From: Deltaproteobacteria bacterium | GTDB lineage: Bacteria > Desulfobacterota > Desulfomonilia > UBA1062 | Length of the DNA stretch: 64,000 nt | NCBI GenBank assembly: GCA_029552245.1 | Contig: JAKPDW010000017.1 | Span: forward strand, 48,368 to 112,367 | Reading direction: 5' to 3' | Shown: positions 1-9,951 of the stretch, one piece after another | How positions within the stretch are numbered: position 1 is the stretch's first letter | Layout: each line of letters starts with the position of its first letter | Made by a program: the position numbers and the translations under genes | Notes under the pieces: generated by a model | Seen by the model: the letters and a program-made list of their open reading frames with translations, nothing else | The model's database searches: none | Told to the model about the DNA's origin: nothing

Positions 1-455
1 CGCCGGACTTCGTGGTCGCCGACGAGCCGATCGCCATGGCGGACGTCTCCGTGCGCGCCATGATCCTCGAGCTCATGGTCAGGCTCAAGGAGGATTTCGA
101 CCTCACCTACCTGTTCATCACGCACGACCTGGCGACCTGCAAGTACATCTGCGACCGCATAGCCGTCATGTACCTGGGCCGGATCGTGGAGATAGGGCCC
201 ATACGGGAGGTCTTCTCGAACCCCGTGCACCCCTACACGAGGACGCTGCTGGAGGCCGTCCCCGTGCCGGACCCCGAGTTCAGGAGGACCCAGCCCATGC
301 CCAAGGGCGAGATCCCGAACCCCGTCGACCCACCGGCCGGATGCGCGTTCCACCCGCGCTGCGCGTACGCCGAGCCCGCATGTGCCCGCGAGAGGCCCGA
401 ACTCTTGCCTGTCGGGCCGGGTCACGAGGCCGCTTGTCCTGTCATGGCCAGGTAG
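1..455 (+). CDS. Oligopeptide/dipeptide ABC transporter ATP-binding protein, C-terminal fragment (5' end lies outside the window)
   Basis: The translation has LSGGQ-distal ABC motifs (LTYLFITHDLA...) and the OppF/DppF C-terminal oligopeptide-binding extension (NPVHPYTRTLLEAVPVPDP). The ORF runs into the window edge. Confidence 0.8.
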   Translation, partial: PDFVVADEPIAMADVSVRAMILELMVRLKEDFDLTYLFITHDLATCKYICDRIAVMYLGRIVEIGPIREVFSNPVHPYTRTLLEAVPVPDPEFRRTQPMPKGEIPNPVDPPAGCAFHPRCAYAEPACARERPELLPVGPGHEAACPVMAR

Positions 456-858
456 CGCTCCGGCATCCTCGCTCCCGTAGCCCTCGATCGTCACACGCGC
501 CCGCGGTCATCGCCGCGGCGGGACAGCCTACGCACATGGGGGCATACCCTGGAAGGAGACCGTGAACATCCATAACCAGGCGGTCTGTGCGACGCACGGG
601 AGTCTCACGGGCGAACCCCTGCGGGTTGTCGGGCGGCCATGCCCGAGGGGGCCGCATGCAAGGGATGGGGGATTCCTGGCATGTCCTTCACCCATGGGGT
701 TCTGGGAAGGCGCATGCGCATCGACGTGGATACCAGACAGGTATCCCACCGGCGACATGGGGGAAGAAACCCCTTGAGGAACCTGTCACTCTGCCGATAT
801 AAATCAGGAGGCCGTACTGACGGTGCCCTCTCATGCCTGAGGAGGATCCCGATACAAG

Positions 859-3846
859 ATGAAGCTCACCTTCAAGATGAACCTCTTCCTCGCTTCCGTG
901 GTCGTCGTGCTCATCGTCGGCTTGTCTGCGGTGTTCAGGATGGTGGTGCTCGAGAGCTTCTACGAGCTCGACCGCAAACATGCCGAGGATGCGGCACTGA
1001 GGTGCAGGGAGAGCCTCATGAGGGAGATCGTGCACCTGGGTTCGTTCGTTCACGACTGGTCGTCCTGGGACGACACCTACCGCTATGTCGTCGACAGGAA
1101 CGAGGAGTTCATTCAGTCGAACATCACGAAAGAGGTCTTCGAGGACCAGGAGATCAACCTCATACACATCTACGACGCGTCGAGGAGGGCGCTCAGCGCG
1201 AAGAGCTACGGCATGGATCTGGAAAGGGAGATCGACCTTGACCTCGCCGAGGAGCTCGGCCCCGAGATATTCGCCATGCTCGTGGACCAGAAGGACCCTT
1301 CCCGGGGCACCGACGGCCTGGTGATGACGAGCTACGGCCCCCTCCTCGTATCAGCCAGACCCATCCTCACCTCCGAGAACAAAGGACCGGCAAGGGGTAC
1401 CATGGTCATGGGACGGTTTCTCTCCGGCGGGATCATGGAGGCGATATCCCAGCAGTCAGGCGTCCCGGCGGGGTTCGTACCCGCCGTGGGTGAGGCCGGT
1501 GCGGCCGGGGACACGACTACCCGTTCCGGGGCTGCGAACCTTGACGACGTCAGGGTGGTCGTTGACCCATCAGGTGATTTCTCGACTGCGAGCGTCGTGA
1601 TCAAGGATATCGCGGGCAGGCCCGCGATCGTCTTGAGCGCGAGGGTGGACCGCGCCATTGCGGGAAAGGGTCTTCGGGCCTACTTCCTGGGGCTCGTGTC
1701 GCTCATGGTTCTCGGTGTCGCGGCGATGGTCTCGGTATACCTCCTCACGCGCTCAATGGTGATAGAGCCCATCGAGAAGCTCGCCCAGAAGGCCAACAGC
1801 ACTCTCGACGGAAAGAACGAGAACGTGGCGTCCCTTTCGGGTCGAGACGACGAGATCGGGGAGCTCGCGAGGCGGTTCGACGCCCTGTTCGGCGACCTCG
1901 CAAGGCAGAACAAGATGCTGGAGGTCCAGGAAAAGAGGCTCGCCCAGATCATCGATTTCCTGCCCGACGCGACGTACGCGGTGGACAGGGAAGGTGTCGT
2001 GATCGCCTGGAACAGGGCCATGGAGGAGATGACCGGCATGCCCAAGGGAGAGGTCATGGGCCGGGACCACGGGCATGTCGCCCGACGGTTCTTCGGTACG
2101 CAGGCCGGCATGCTCGTGGACCTCGTCCTGGGAAAGCCCCTTGAGGGTGATGGGCGCTGGTTCAACCTGGTGCGCGAAGACTCCGCACGGGTGACGGCCG
2201 AGTGCCACGCCCCAAGCCTGTCCGAAGGCAGGGGCGCATACCTGGTGAGCGCCGCGGCCCCCCTGTTCGACGAGGGAGGCGTCATCGCCGGCGCCATCGA
2301 GTGCCTGCGGGACGTCACGGAGAAGAAGAGGGCCGAGGAAGTACTCGAAAGGCTCGGCCGCACCGTCGAACAGCTTCACGACGGCGTGCTCATGACCGGG
2401 CTCGACGGGACTGTCATCTATGCAAACCCGGCATGGGCCTCGATGCACAGGCTCGAGGCCGAAGAGGTATGCGGCAGGCATGTGAGCGTGTTCCACACCG
2501 AGGTCCAGATGGAGCAAACGGTCAAGCCCTTCATGGCCGAGGTGACGTCCCGGGGGTCGGGCAGGGCGGTGATCTCCCGGATCACCTCACACGACGAGAT
2601 CGTTGAGACCCTGACCAGCGCCTTTCTGCTCAAGGACGGCAGGAAGAACCCCACCGCCATTGTCTGGATAGCGCGGGACATCACCCAGGAGACCAGGATG
2701 GAGGAACAGCTGAGGCAGGCCCAGAAGATGGAGGTGGTGGGAAGGCTCGCAGGGGGGGTGGCCCACGATCTCAACAACATGCTCGCCCCCATACTCGGAT
2801 ACGCAGAACTCGTCTTGAGCGACCTCGAGACGGACAGCCCCTACTACGATGACATCCTCCAGATAAGGCATGCAGCGGAGAGGGCGAGGGACCTGACCCA
2901 GCAGCTCCTCGCGTTCAGCAGGAAACAGGTGTTGGAGATGAGGGAGGTCGACCTGGGGGAGGTTGTCTCCGGCTACGCAAAGATGCTCAGGCGTACCATC
3001 AGGGAAGACATCGAGGTCCAGTTGCACCAGAACATATGCACAAAGGCCGTGAAGATCGACGTCGGCAGGATAGGCCAGGTCCTCATGAACCTTGCCATCA
3101 ACGCCCAGGACGCCATGCCCGACGGCGGGACGATCGTCGTGGAGATCTCCCAGGTGACACTCGACGAGGAATACGCTCGGACACACGGTGGGGTGATACC
3201 GGGCGACTACGTGGTCCTGGCGCTGAGCGACACGGGGACGGGGATCGACCCCACGGTGATGGAGCACATCTTCGAGCCGTTCTTCACCACCAAGGAGGTG
3301 GGGAAGGGGACCGGGCTCGGGCTTGCCACGGTCTACGGCATAGTCAGGCAGCACGGCGGCCACATCTCCGTCTACAGCGAGAAGAACGTGGGGACCACGT
3401 TCAGGATATACCTGCCCGCCTGCACCCCCATGGGTGATGAACAAGGGCGGGAAAAGGTCGTCGAGCAGGGCATGCCCGGCAGCGAGACCATCGCGGTCGC
3501 GGAGGACGACCCCCACGTGAGGGCCCTTGCGTGCGACATCCTGGAGAAATACGGCTACCGTGTTATCACGGCGCCCAGGGCCGAGGAACTCCTGGACACC
3601 ATCAGCAAGACGAAGGAACACGTGGATCTCCTCCTGACCGACGTGATCATGCCGGACATCAACGGGAAAGAGCTCTTCGAGCGCGTGAGGACCATCAGGC
3701 CTGAAACAAAGGTGCTCTTCATGTCCGGCTATACCGGGGAGATCATCACCCGCCAGGGCCTCCTGGCCGAGGGGGTGAGCCTCGTGCAGAAGCCGTTCAC
3801 CGTGGCGAGCCTCACGGAGAAGGTCCGGCAGGTCCTGGACGCCTGA
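859..3846 (+). CDS. Hybrid sensor histidine kinase/response regulator (N-terminal TM + periplasmic sensor domain, second TM, HAMP, PAS domains, HisKA, HATPase_c, C-terminal receiver)
   Basis: Two hydrophobic segments bracket a ~250 aa extracytoplasmic domain. PAS-like blocks are present, followed by an H-box (VAHDLNNMLAPILGYAELV), G-boxes (GTGLGLATVYGIVRQHGGHI) and a REC domain (AEDDP...DLLLTDVIMPDINGKEL). A GAGGAGG RBS lies upstream. Confidence 0.9.
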   Translation: MKLTFKMNLFLASVVVVLIVGLSAVFRMVVLESFYELDRKHAEDAALRCRESLMREIVHLGSFVHDWSSWDDTYRYVVDRNEEFIQSNITKEVFEDQEINLIHIYDASRRALSAKSYGMDLEREIDLDLAEELGPEIFAMLVDQKDPSRGTDGLVMTSYGPLLVSARPILTSENKGPARGTMVMGRFLSGGIMEAISQQSGVPAGFVPAVGEAGAAGDTTTRSGAANLDDVRVVVDPSGDFSTASVVIKDIAGRPAIVLSARVDRAIAGKGLRAYFLGLVSLMVLGVAAMVSVYLLTRSMVIEPIEKLAQKANSTLDGKNENVASLSGRDDEIGELARRFDALFGDLARQNKMLEVQEKRLAQIIDFLPDATYAVDREGVVIAWNRAMEEMTGMPKGEVMGRDHGHVARRFFGTQAGMLVDLVLGKPLEGDGRWFNLVREDSARVTAECHAPSLSEGRGAYLVSAAAPLFDEGGVIAGAIECLRDVTEKKRAEEVLERLGRTVEQLHDGVLMTGLDGTVIYANPAWASMHRLEAEEVCGRHVSVFHTEVQMEQTVKPFMAEVTSRGSGRAVISRITSHDEIVETLTSAFLLKDGRKNPTAIVWIARDITQETRMEEQLRQAQKMEVVGRLAGGVAHDLNNMLAPILGYAELVLSDLETDSPYYDDILQIRHAAERARDLTQQLLAFSRKQVLEMREVDLGEVVSGYAKMLRRTIREDIEVQLHQNICTKAVKIDVGRIGQVLMNLAINAQDAMPDGGTIVVEISQVTLDEEYARTHGGVIPGDYVVLALSDTGTGIDPTVMEHIFEPFFTTKEVGKGTGLGLATVYGIVRQHGGHISVYSEKNVGTTFRIYLPACTPMGDEQGREKVVEQGMPGSETIAVAEDDPHVRALACDILEKYGYRVITAPRAEELLDTISKTKEHVDLLLTDVIMPDINGKELFERVRTIRPETKVLFMSGYTGEIITRQGLLAEGVSLVQKPFTVASLTEKVRQVLDA

Positions 3847-4360
3847 GTGCCGATGCCCGCCCGGCCCCGGCATCTAATGGGCGCCGGGACGGGAGACGGC
3901 GGTCGTGGATGCCGGGAACGGACCGTGCCGGAGACGGTCATGGACTGACCGTAGGCCGGTCGTTGCCTGTCTTTCTCTCCAAGAATTTCCCCCGAGGGAA
4001 GACACCCCGGGCAGGCGGGGCATACCGGCAGAGCGTTGACTCTTTACCCCCGAGATCGTCCCCGTGGAGCTTGTGTGGGGTGCCGCGTTCGGAATGGCTT
4101 GTGAAGGCGAAGGCGTGGTCTTGGCTGCAAAGACTCCGTGAACGCCTGCGCCATGGCCCCTACCGTTCCGCATCGAAGAAAGTGCGACCGGAGGGAGTCC
4201 GGTCTCTTCCCATCTCGAGGACACGAGGGTCGCGCCTTGCATCTCCCGGCCAAGGGATAGAGGAACCCGCGGCGCGCCCTGTAGGTCCATGTCTTGCTTT
4301 TTCTTGCGTTTGGCTCTAAAAGTGGCGTGCAGCAAGGTGACCGACAGGGAAGAACAACCT

Positions 4361-5491
4361 ATGACATCGACCTTGGAGACGATCTACGCCCTGCTTATAG
4401 ACGCCGAGTATCAGCTGGAACTCTTCGGAGACCTGCCGTCGTTCAGCCGCAGGGGTACGGGTTTCCTGGCCTGCTGCCCCTTTCACCGAGACTCGTGGCC
4501 GACCCTGATCGTCGCGGGCGACAGGCCGGAATACTTCTGCTATGCGTGCAGCGCGAGGGGGGACTGGCTGGATTTCCTCATGGCGAGATACGGCCTGGAC
4601 TTTGACCAGGCCGTCGAACGGCTCGCAAGGGCGGCAGGGTGTTCTCCCGCGGGGCTCGTCGAAGAGAACGCCTGGAGGGCCGAGCGCGACAGGGCCGTCA
4701 TGCTCGAGGCCTTCATGGAGGCGTGCATGGCGGCGTTGTGGTCCGAGGAGGGGCAGGAAGCCCTCCACTGGCTTGTCTCGAGGGGTTACGCGACCCGGGA
4801 GATCAGGGGGATGGGGCTCGGGTTTTTCCCGGGTCACGAGGAATGGGCCGCTCCGAGCGCTTGTGGGATATCCCTGCCCACATCGACAGGGGCGGCAATG
4901 GCTCGAGGGAATGAGGAGACCCTCCCGGGCGTGCTCATCCCCTACCGCGACGCATCGGGCAGGCTCATGGGGCTCGTGTGCAGGGAGCTGAGCGGGACAG
5001 GCGAGGGCATGCCGGCACGAGACCCTTACCGTGCCGTCGCGACGTGGGATGACATGGACCGGACGCCGTTTCTGCTGCACCGATGCCGGGGAGCTGCGGA
5101 GACGTTGGTGGTCGAGGGATTCTTCGACACCCTGCTCGTCGACCAGGTCAGGCTGATCCCGGTCGTGGGGATCGGCAGGGGAGGGGATGCCGTGCGCATG
5201 CTGGACAAGGCGGTCCTCTTCGGCTGCAGGAGCTTCACCCTGGTGCCCGGTGCATCCCGGGAGGGGCTCGCCCGGGCGGCCGAGACCGCAAGGGCCATGG
5301 CCGAAGGCGGCCTCGACGTCCACGTCATGGAGCTCCCGAAGGGATACGGGGATCTCGACGAATTCATAAGGAAGACGTGTCTCGACAGGTTCGGCGCCCT
5401 CCTGAAGGGCAGAAAGAGGGCCGGCGAGTGGTTGGAGAGGGTGGGGCCGCACGTCTCGGGCACGACACCACGTCAGAGGGGCGGGCATTGA
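4361..5491 (+). CDS. DnaG-like primase paralog: CHC2 zinc finger + primase core with degenerate Toprim (DxD motif lost), no C-terminal helicase-binding domain
   Basis: CHC2 finger: CCPFHRDSWPTLIV...YFCYACSARGDWLDFLM. Toprim glutamate block: LVVEGFFDTLLV. The expected FDgDxAG block is FGCRSF, and DPDE is GDLDE. The ORF track starts at 4289, and the internal ATG at 4361 is preceded by an AGGGA RBS. Confidence 0.7.
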   Translation: MTSTLETIYALLIDAEYQLELFGDLPSFSRRGTGFLACCPFHRDSWPTLIVAGDRPEYFCYACSARGDWLDFLMARYGLDFDQAVERLARAAGCSPAGLVEENAWRAERDRAVMLEAFMEACMAALWSEEGQEALHWLVSRGYATREIRGMGLGFFPGHEEWAAPSACGISLPTSTGAAMARGNEETLPGVLIPYRDASGRLMGLVCRELSGTGEGMPARDPYRAVATWDDMDRTPFLLHRCRGAAETLVVEGFFDTLLVDQVRLIPVVGIGRGGDAVRMLDKAVLFGCRSFTLVPGASREGLARAAETARAMAEGGLDVHVMELPKGYGDLDEFIRKTCLDRFGALLKGRKRAGEWLERVGPHVSGTTPRQRGGH

Positions 5492-7347
5492 TCAGCGTCG
5501 AGGGTCTCTGGAAGAGTTACGGGTCCCAGGTCTTGCTCGAGGGCGTCTCCTTCAAGGTCAACCAGAAGGAGCGCGTGGGCCTCGTCGGCCGCAACGGCCA
5601 CGGCAAGACGACCCTCATGCGCATCATAGCCGGGCTCGAGGAGCCCGATACGGGCACCGTCATTATCCCGAGGAACTACCGCATCGGCTACGTCACGCAG
5701 CACCTGGACTTCACCGAGGCGACCGTGCTCGCGGAGGGCATGAAAGGCCTTCGAGGCGACGGCAGGGACCAGGCGTGGAAGGTGGAAAAGGTGCTCATGG
5801 GCCTCGGGTTTTCGGCCGAGGACATGCACAGGCATCCCCACGAGTTCTCGGGCGGCTTCCAGGTGAGGCTCAACCTGGCGAAGGTGATCGTCTCCGAGCC
5901 GGACATGCTGCTCCTCGACGAGCCCACGAACTACCTGGACATCACGTCCATCAGGTGGATCGAGCGGTTTCTCTCGTCGTGGCCGAGGGAACTCATCCTC
6001 ATCACCCATGACCGCACCTTCATGGACAGGATCGTGACCCACACCATGGGCATCCACAGGCGCAAGGTGCGCAAGGTGGAAGGGGACACCTCCAAGTACT
6101 ACACCCAGATTGCACAGGACGAGGAGGTCTACGAGCGAACGCGGGTCAACGAGGAGCGCAAGCGCAAGGAGATCGAGGAGTTCATCGCGCAGTTCAGGGC
6201 CAAGGCGAGGCTCGTTGGACTCGTGCAGTCGCGCATAAGGCTCCTCGAGAAGCAGGAGAGGAAAGAGAAGCTCGAGAAGATCGAGACCCTCGAGTTCTCG
6301 TTCAGGAGCGCGCCCTTTCACGGAAAGTACGTGCTGGCGGCGAGGGACGTGAGCTTCTCCTACGACGCCGCGAAGCCCCTGATACAGGACTTCTCCCTCG
6401 TGGTCAAGCCGGGCGAGAGGGTCTGCATCGTGGGTGCGAACGGCCGCGGGAAGACCACCCTGCTCAGGCTGCTCGCCGGGCGGTTGAGGCCAACCAGGGG
6501 CGAGGTCTCCGTCCACCCCAGGGCGGTCTTCGGTGTCTACGAGCAGACGAACACGTTCTCGCTCGTGCCCTCAAGGACCGTGGAGGAGGAGATCATGAGC
6601 GCCTCTGTGGACATCGATCGGCAGAGAGCCCGGGGCATATGCGGCGCCATGATGTTCGAGGGGGACGATGCGCTCAAGAAGATCGAGGTCCTCTCGGGCG
6701 GGGAGAAGAGCAGGGTCATGCTCGGCAAGATCCTGGCGACGCCGGTGAACGTGCTCCTTCTGGACGAGCCGTCGAACCACCTCGACATGGAGTCCACCGA
6801 CGCCCTGCTTGCCGCCCTGGACTCGTTCGAAGGCGCCGTCGTGATGGTCACCCATAACGAGCTGCTGCTCGATGCGATCGCCGACAGGCTCGTCGTGTTC
6901 AGAAACGGCGCATTGGAAGTGTTCGAGGGGGGCTACGACTGGTTCCTCAGGAAGGGAGGCTGGGGTGACGACGAGGAGGCGGCGGCCTGCTCCCGCAGGG
7001 AAGCGCGGCAGCACCCCGATGGAGGGAAGCCGAGCAAGAAGGAACTCCGCAGGCGGAGGGGGGAGATCGTTGCGGAGCGGTCGCGCGTCATCGGCCCCAT
7101 CGAGAAACGGATGGCGTTCGTCGAGTCCGAGATCGAGAGGCTCGAGCGGCGGCTCGCATGCCACAACGAGGAGCTCCAGAGTGCGAGCTTCGCGCGAGAC
7201 GGGGCGAAGGTCGTGGAGGTCTCGAGGCTGATGCACGAGTGCGAACAGGCGATCGAGGCCTTCTTCGGAGAGCTCGAGGCGCTCCACGGTGAACTCGAGC
7301 GTCACAGGGCAGCCTTCGAGGCGCAGCTCGCAGGGCTCGAGGATTGA
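5488..7347 (+). CDS. ABC-F family ATPase (two ABC cassettes + C-terminal coiled coil; Uup/EttA/YheS-like)
   Basis: Two Walker A motifs (GRNGHGKTT, GANGRGKTT), two signature motifs (FSGGFQVRL, LSGGEKSRV) and a charged coiled-coil tail. The TTG start at 5488 overlaps the upstream stop (TTGA), which implies translational coupling. Confidence 0.85.
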   Translation: MISVEGLWKSYGSQVLLEGVSFKVNQKERVGLVGRNGHGKTTLMRIIAGLEEPDTGTVIIPRNYRIGYVTQHLDFTEATVLAEGMKGLRGDGRDQAWKVEKVLMGLGFSAEDMHRHPHEFSGGFQVRLNLAKVIVSEPDMLLLDEPTNYLDITSIRWIERFLSSWPRELILITHDRTFMDRIVTHTMGIHRRKVRKVEGDTSKYYTQIAQDEEVYERTRVNEERKRKEIEEFIAQFRAKARLVGLVQSRIRLLEKQERKEKLEKIETLEFSFRSAPFHGKYVLAARDVSFSYDAAKPLIQDFSLVVKPGERVCIVGANGRGKTTLLRLLAGRLRPTRGEVSVHPRAVFGVYEQTNTFSLVPSRTVEEEIMSASVDIDRQRARGICGAMMFEGDDALKKIEVLSGGEKSRVMLGKILATPVNVLLLDEPSNHLDMESTDALLAALDSFEGAVVMVTHNELLLDAIADRLVVFRNGALEVFEGGYDWFLRKGGWGDDEEAAACSRREARQHPDGGKPSKKELRRRRGEIVAERSRVIGPIEKRMAFVESEIERLERRLACHNEELQSASFARDGAKVVEVSRLMHECEQAIEAFFGELEALHGELERHRAAFEAQLAGLED

Positions 7348-7553
7348 CGACCGGATGTCCCGGCCTGGAAAGGGCCCGACAAGAGGGGAGTGCACCCACG
7401 ACGGCGACACGGTGTCCTTGGGGGATGGTCGCGCGATGCACCCAGGCGGCGGCCGTACCGGGGAAGAGGGCGTCGGCCCCTCGTGCTCCTCGATCCGGGG
7501 GAGGCGGGTGCGGCCTCGCCAGGGCCGGAGGATCCAGACGCCCGAGCCTGCGG

Positions 7554-9470
7554 TCACTCTTCGTAGAACGGCATGGTCATCTCGTAGACACCGCTGGCCA
7601 GCGTCGCCCGGATGGGCAGGCCCGAGCGCTCGAAGACCTTGAGCATGGCCTTGTGGGATGCGAGCACGTCAGCCATGAATCCCTGGAGGCCCCTCTCCTT
7701 GGCTACCCTCGTGAGCATCGAGAGCATGTGCGACGCGATGCCCAGCCCCTGGTACTGCTCGTCGACCACGAAAGCCACGTCGGCGTACGGCCTGCTCCTG
7801 TCCTTGACGAAACGCGCCTCGGCGATGATGCGCTCTGCCTCGGGCGGACCGACGAGCGCGACGATGGAACAGGCGCGGTTGCAGTCGACGTTCACGTACT
7901 GCTGCATCTTGGCGTGGGGCATGGTCTTTATGGGGCTGAAGTAGCGGTAATACACGGTCTTGTCCGAGAACCGGTAGAAGAGCCTCCTCATCTCCTCCTC
8001 GTCCGAGGGCCTGATGTGGCGGAAGCGCACCTCGACGCCCCCCTTGAAGGTCCTCTTGTCGCTGATCTGGGACGGGAAGAGGTATTCGCAGGAGGGGATG
8101 TAGATCTGGTCCTGATAGAGGATGTTCGCCCGCTTCGCCTCCTCGACGAGCGCCTGGCGGTCTTCGGGGTGGGCGATGTCGATGAGCGCCTGCGCCCGTT
8201 CCCTCACGGTGCGGCCCTTGAGGTTGGCGACGCCGTACTCCGTCACCACCATGTCAACAGATTCCCTCAGGCCCAGAAGGTTCGGGAGTTCTTCCACGGA
8301 CACGAGGATGTTGGGCCGGCCCTTGCGGTTGCGGCTGGGGAGAGCGAAGACGGTGCACCCACCCCGTGAGAGCTCGGCGCCGTTGATGAAGTCCATGGCC
8401 TCTCCGGGCGTGGTTGCAACCGCCCCCTTCCCGATGTGCATGGCTATGCGTCCCGATATGTCCACCTTGCGGGCGGGGATGATCGCGATGAACCGGGGGT
8501 TGCGGCCTATCTCGACGGGGTTGAACACGAGATCGATCCCCTGGAACTCGATGAGGGGGTTCCTGTCGAGCCACGAGAAGAGCTCCTTCGTGCCGAACGC
8601 GTACGAGGCGAGAGACTTTCCCTTGAACACGCCCTTGTACCTGTTGGTGACGGCCCCGCTCTTCACGAGATCCATAACCGCGTCGGTGAAGAACGGGGAG
8701 TGGATGCCGAGGTTGCGCTTCCTCACGAGGTGCCTGGAGAGGGCCTCGTAGATGGGGCCGATCGAGAAGAGCAGGCAGCTCCCGTCCTCGATGACCGATG
8801 CGATGTTCTGCGCCACCTGGTCGAAGACCTCGTCGACAGGCCACCTCTCGAGGTACAGCGGGTCATCCTCCGAGGAGATGAAGGCGTCGAACTCGTCCAC
8901 GTGGAGGAACGTGTCCCCGTAGGTGAACGGGACCTTGTCGTTGATCTCGCCGACCACGAGTCTCGCCTGTTCGATGGCCTGCCTGGCCACGTCCACGGAC
9001 ACGCCGAGGCTCACGTACCCGGTCTCTGTCGGCGGCGTCACCTGGATGAAGGCTGCGTCCACGGGCAACAGGCCCGTCTCGATGAGGGAGGGGATCCTCG
9101 TGAACCTGCTCGGTACGAGGTCCACATGGCCGCCGGTGATGGCCTCGCTGGCGACCCACCCGGAGAAAAAGGTCTTGAGCCTGAACTTGTGGGCAGGGAG
9201 ATCCTTGACCCTGATGAGGTCGCCGAGGCTCACGATCTGGATGAGCTCGAGGTCCTGGAGGTTCGGCGCGTCGCTCGCCAGGAGATGGCGGATGAGGGTG
9301 CGCGGCTCCGCGGAACCCGTGGCGAGGAGGATCTTCATGCCCGGCTCGAGTTGTTGGAGCGCCTCGTCCGGGCTTACCAGCTTCTCTTTCCAGTTCATGT
9401 GAACGTTCATCCCCCTGTATCGTGACGGTGAAAGACAGCCTCTCGGAGAGACGATGCCCTCCTCGTGCAC
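7554..9470 (-). CDS. Bifunctional acetyl-CoA hydrolase/transferase family domain fused to a C-terminal GNAT N-acetyltransferase
   Basis: The N-terminal ~430 aa match family-I CoA-transferase / 4-hydroxybutyrate CoA-transferase. The C-terminal ~170 aa carry a GNAT fold motif (VVDEQYQGLGIASHML). It is a paralog of 35067..37037, and the exact start is uncertain. Confidence 0.8.
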   Translation of the reverse strand: MHEEGIVSPRGCLSPSRYRGMNVHMNWKEKLVSPDEALQQLEPGMKILLATGSAEPRTLIRHLLASDAPNLQDLELIQIVSLGDLIRVKDLPAHKFRLKTFFSGWVASEAITGGHVDLVPSRFTRIPSLIETGLLPVDAAFIQVTPPTETGYVSLGVSVDVARQAIEQARLVVGEINDKVPFTYGDTFLHVDEFDAFISSEDDPLYLERWPVDEVFDQVAQNIASVIEDGSCLLFSIGPIYEALSRHLVRKRNLGIHSPFFTDAVMDLVKSGAVTNRYKGVFKGKSLASYAFGTKELFSWLDRNPLIEFQGIDLVFNPVEIGRNPRFIAIIPARKVDISGRIAMHIGKGAVATTPGEAMDFINGAELSRGGCTVFALPSRNRKGRPNILVSVEELPNLLGLRESVDMVVTEYGVANLKGRTVRERAQALIDIAHPEDRQALVEEAKRANILYQDQIYIPSCEYLFPSQISDKRTFKGGVEVRFRHIRPSDEEEMRRLFYRFSDKTVYYRYFSPIKTMPHAKMQQYVNVDCNRACSIVALVGPPEAERIIAEARFVKDRSRPYADVAFVVDEQYQGLGIASHMLSMLTRVAKERGLQGFMADVLASHKAMLKVFERSGLPIRATLASGVYEMTMPFYEE

Positions 9471-9885
9471 CCGATCGCGATCACCTGACGGCCGGGTCTC
9501 CCGTCATGCGGCGGTCCCAGGCCCTCCCGTGCGCCTTCAGGGATCGAGCACCTAGACGCCCAGGATACCTCACAACGCGGGTTCATCGCAATCACCGGAG
9601 AACGAGGTTTTCCAGACGACCCGGACACGCGACCTCGGTGGGACGCCCACGTGACCCGCCCGTCCCGCCCGGCCACCGCCATGCCGTCCGGGTGCGGAGA
9701 CGCCTCGCGTTCTCATGTGCCACGAGCAGCTGAAGGTACACCAGAAGGAAGGGGCCCCGCACATGAAGAGGACCTCCAGGCCCTCTTCGCGGCGCCTGTA
9801 TCGACGTCGTGTCAGGGCGTCTTTATGGCCGCGGCCGTCGAGGCTCATCCCCTTGGGTCTTCGTGCGGCCTGCCGGCCAGGACTC

Positions 9886-9926
9886 AGGAAAATCGAGGGG
9901 CGCCCCTTTTCGGGGGCGCCCCTCGA
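9886..9926 (-). terminator. Rho-independent terminator candidate downstream of hppA
   Basis: A perfect 12-bp GC stem (gaggggcgcccc / ggggcgcccctc) with a 6-nt loop is followed on the minus strand by GAUUUUCC. Confidence 0.5.
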
Positions 9927-9951
9927 GGAACGTTCGCCTCTGTGTATGCCC

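Noticed and set aside
3847-4288. Short loose repeats (ggagacgg-type and cccccgag ~58 bp apart) and a GC hairpin after the histidine kinase stop.
   Set aside because: The repeats are under 10 bp and degenerate, and the hairpin lacks a U-tract. This is not enough to call a terminator or a mini-array.
5083-5487. The ORF-track start of the ABC-F gene at 5083, which would overlap the DnaG-like gene by 400 nt.
   Set aside because: The N-terminal 135 aa in that frame are Gly/Arg-rich, low-complexity sequence. The ABC cassette begins at the residues encoded from 5488, where a TTG start overlaps the upstream stop.
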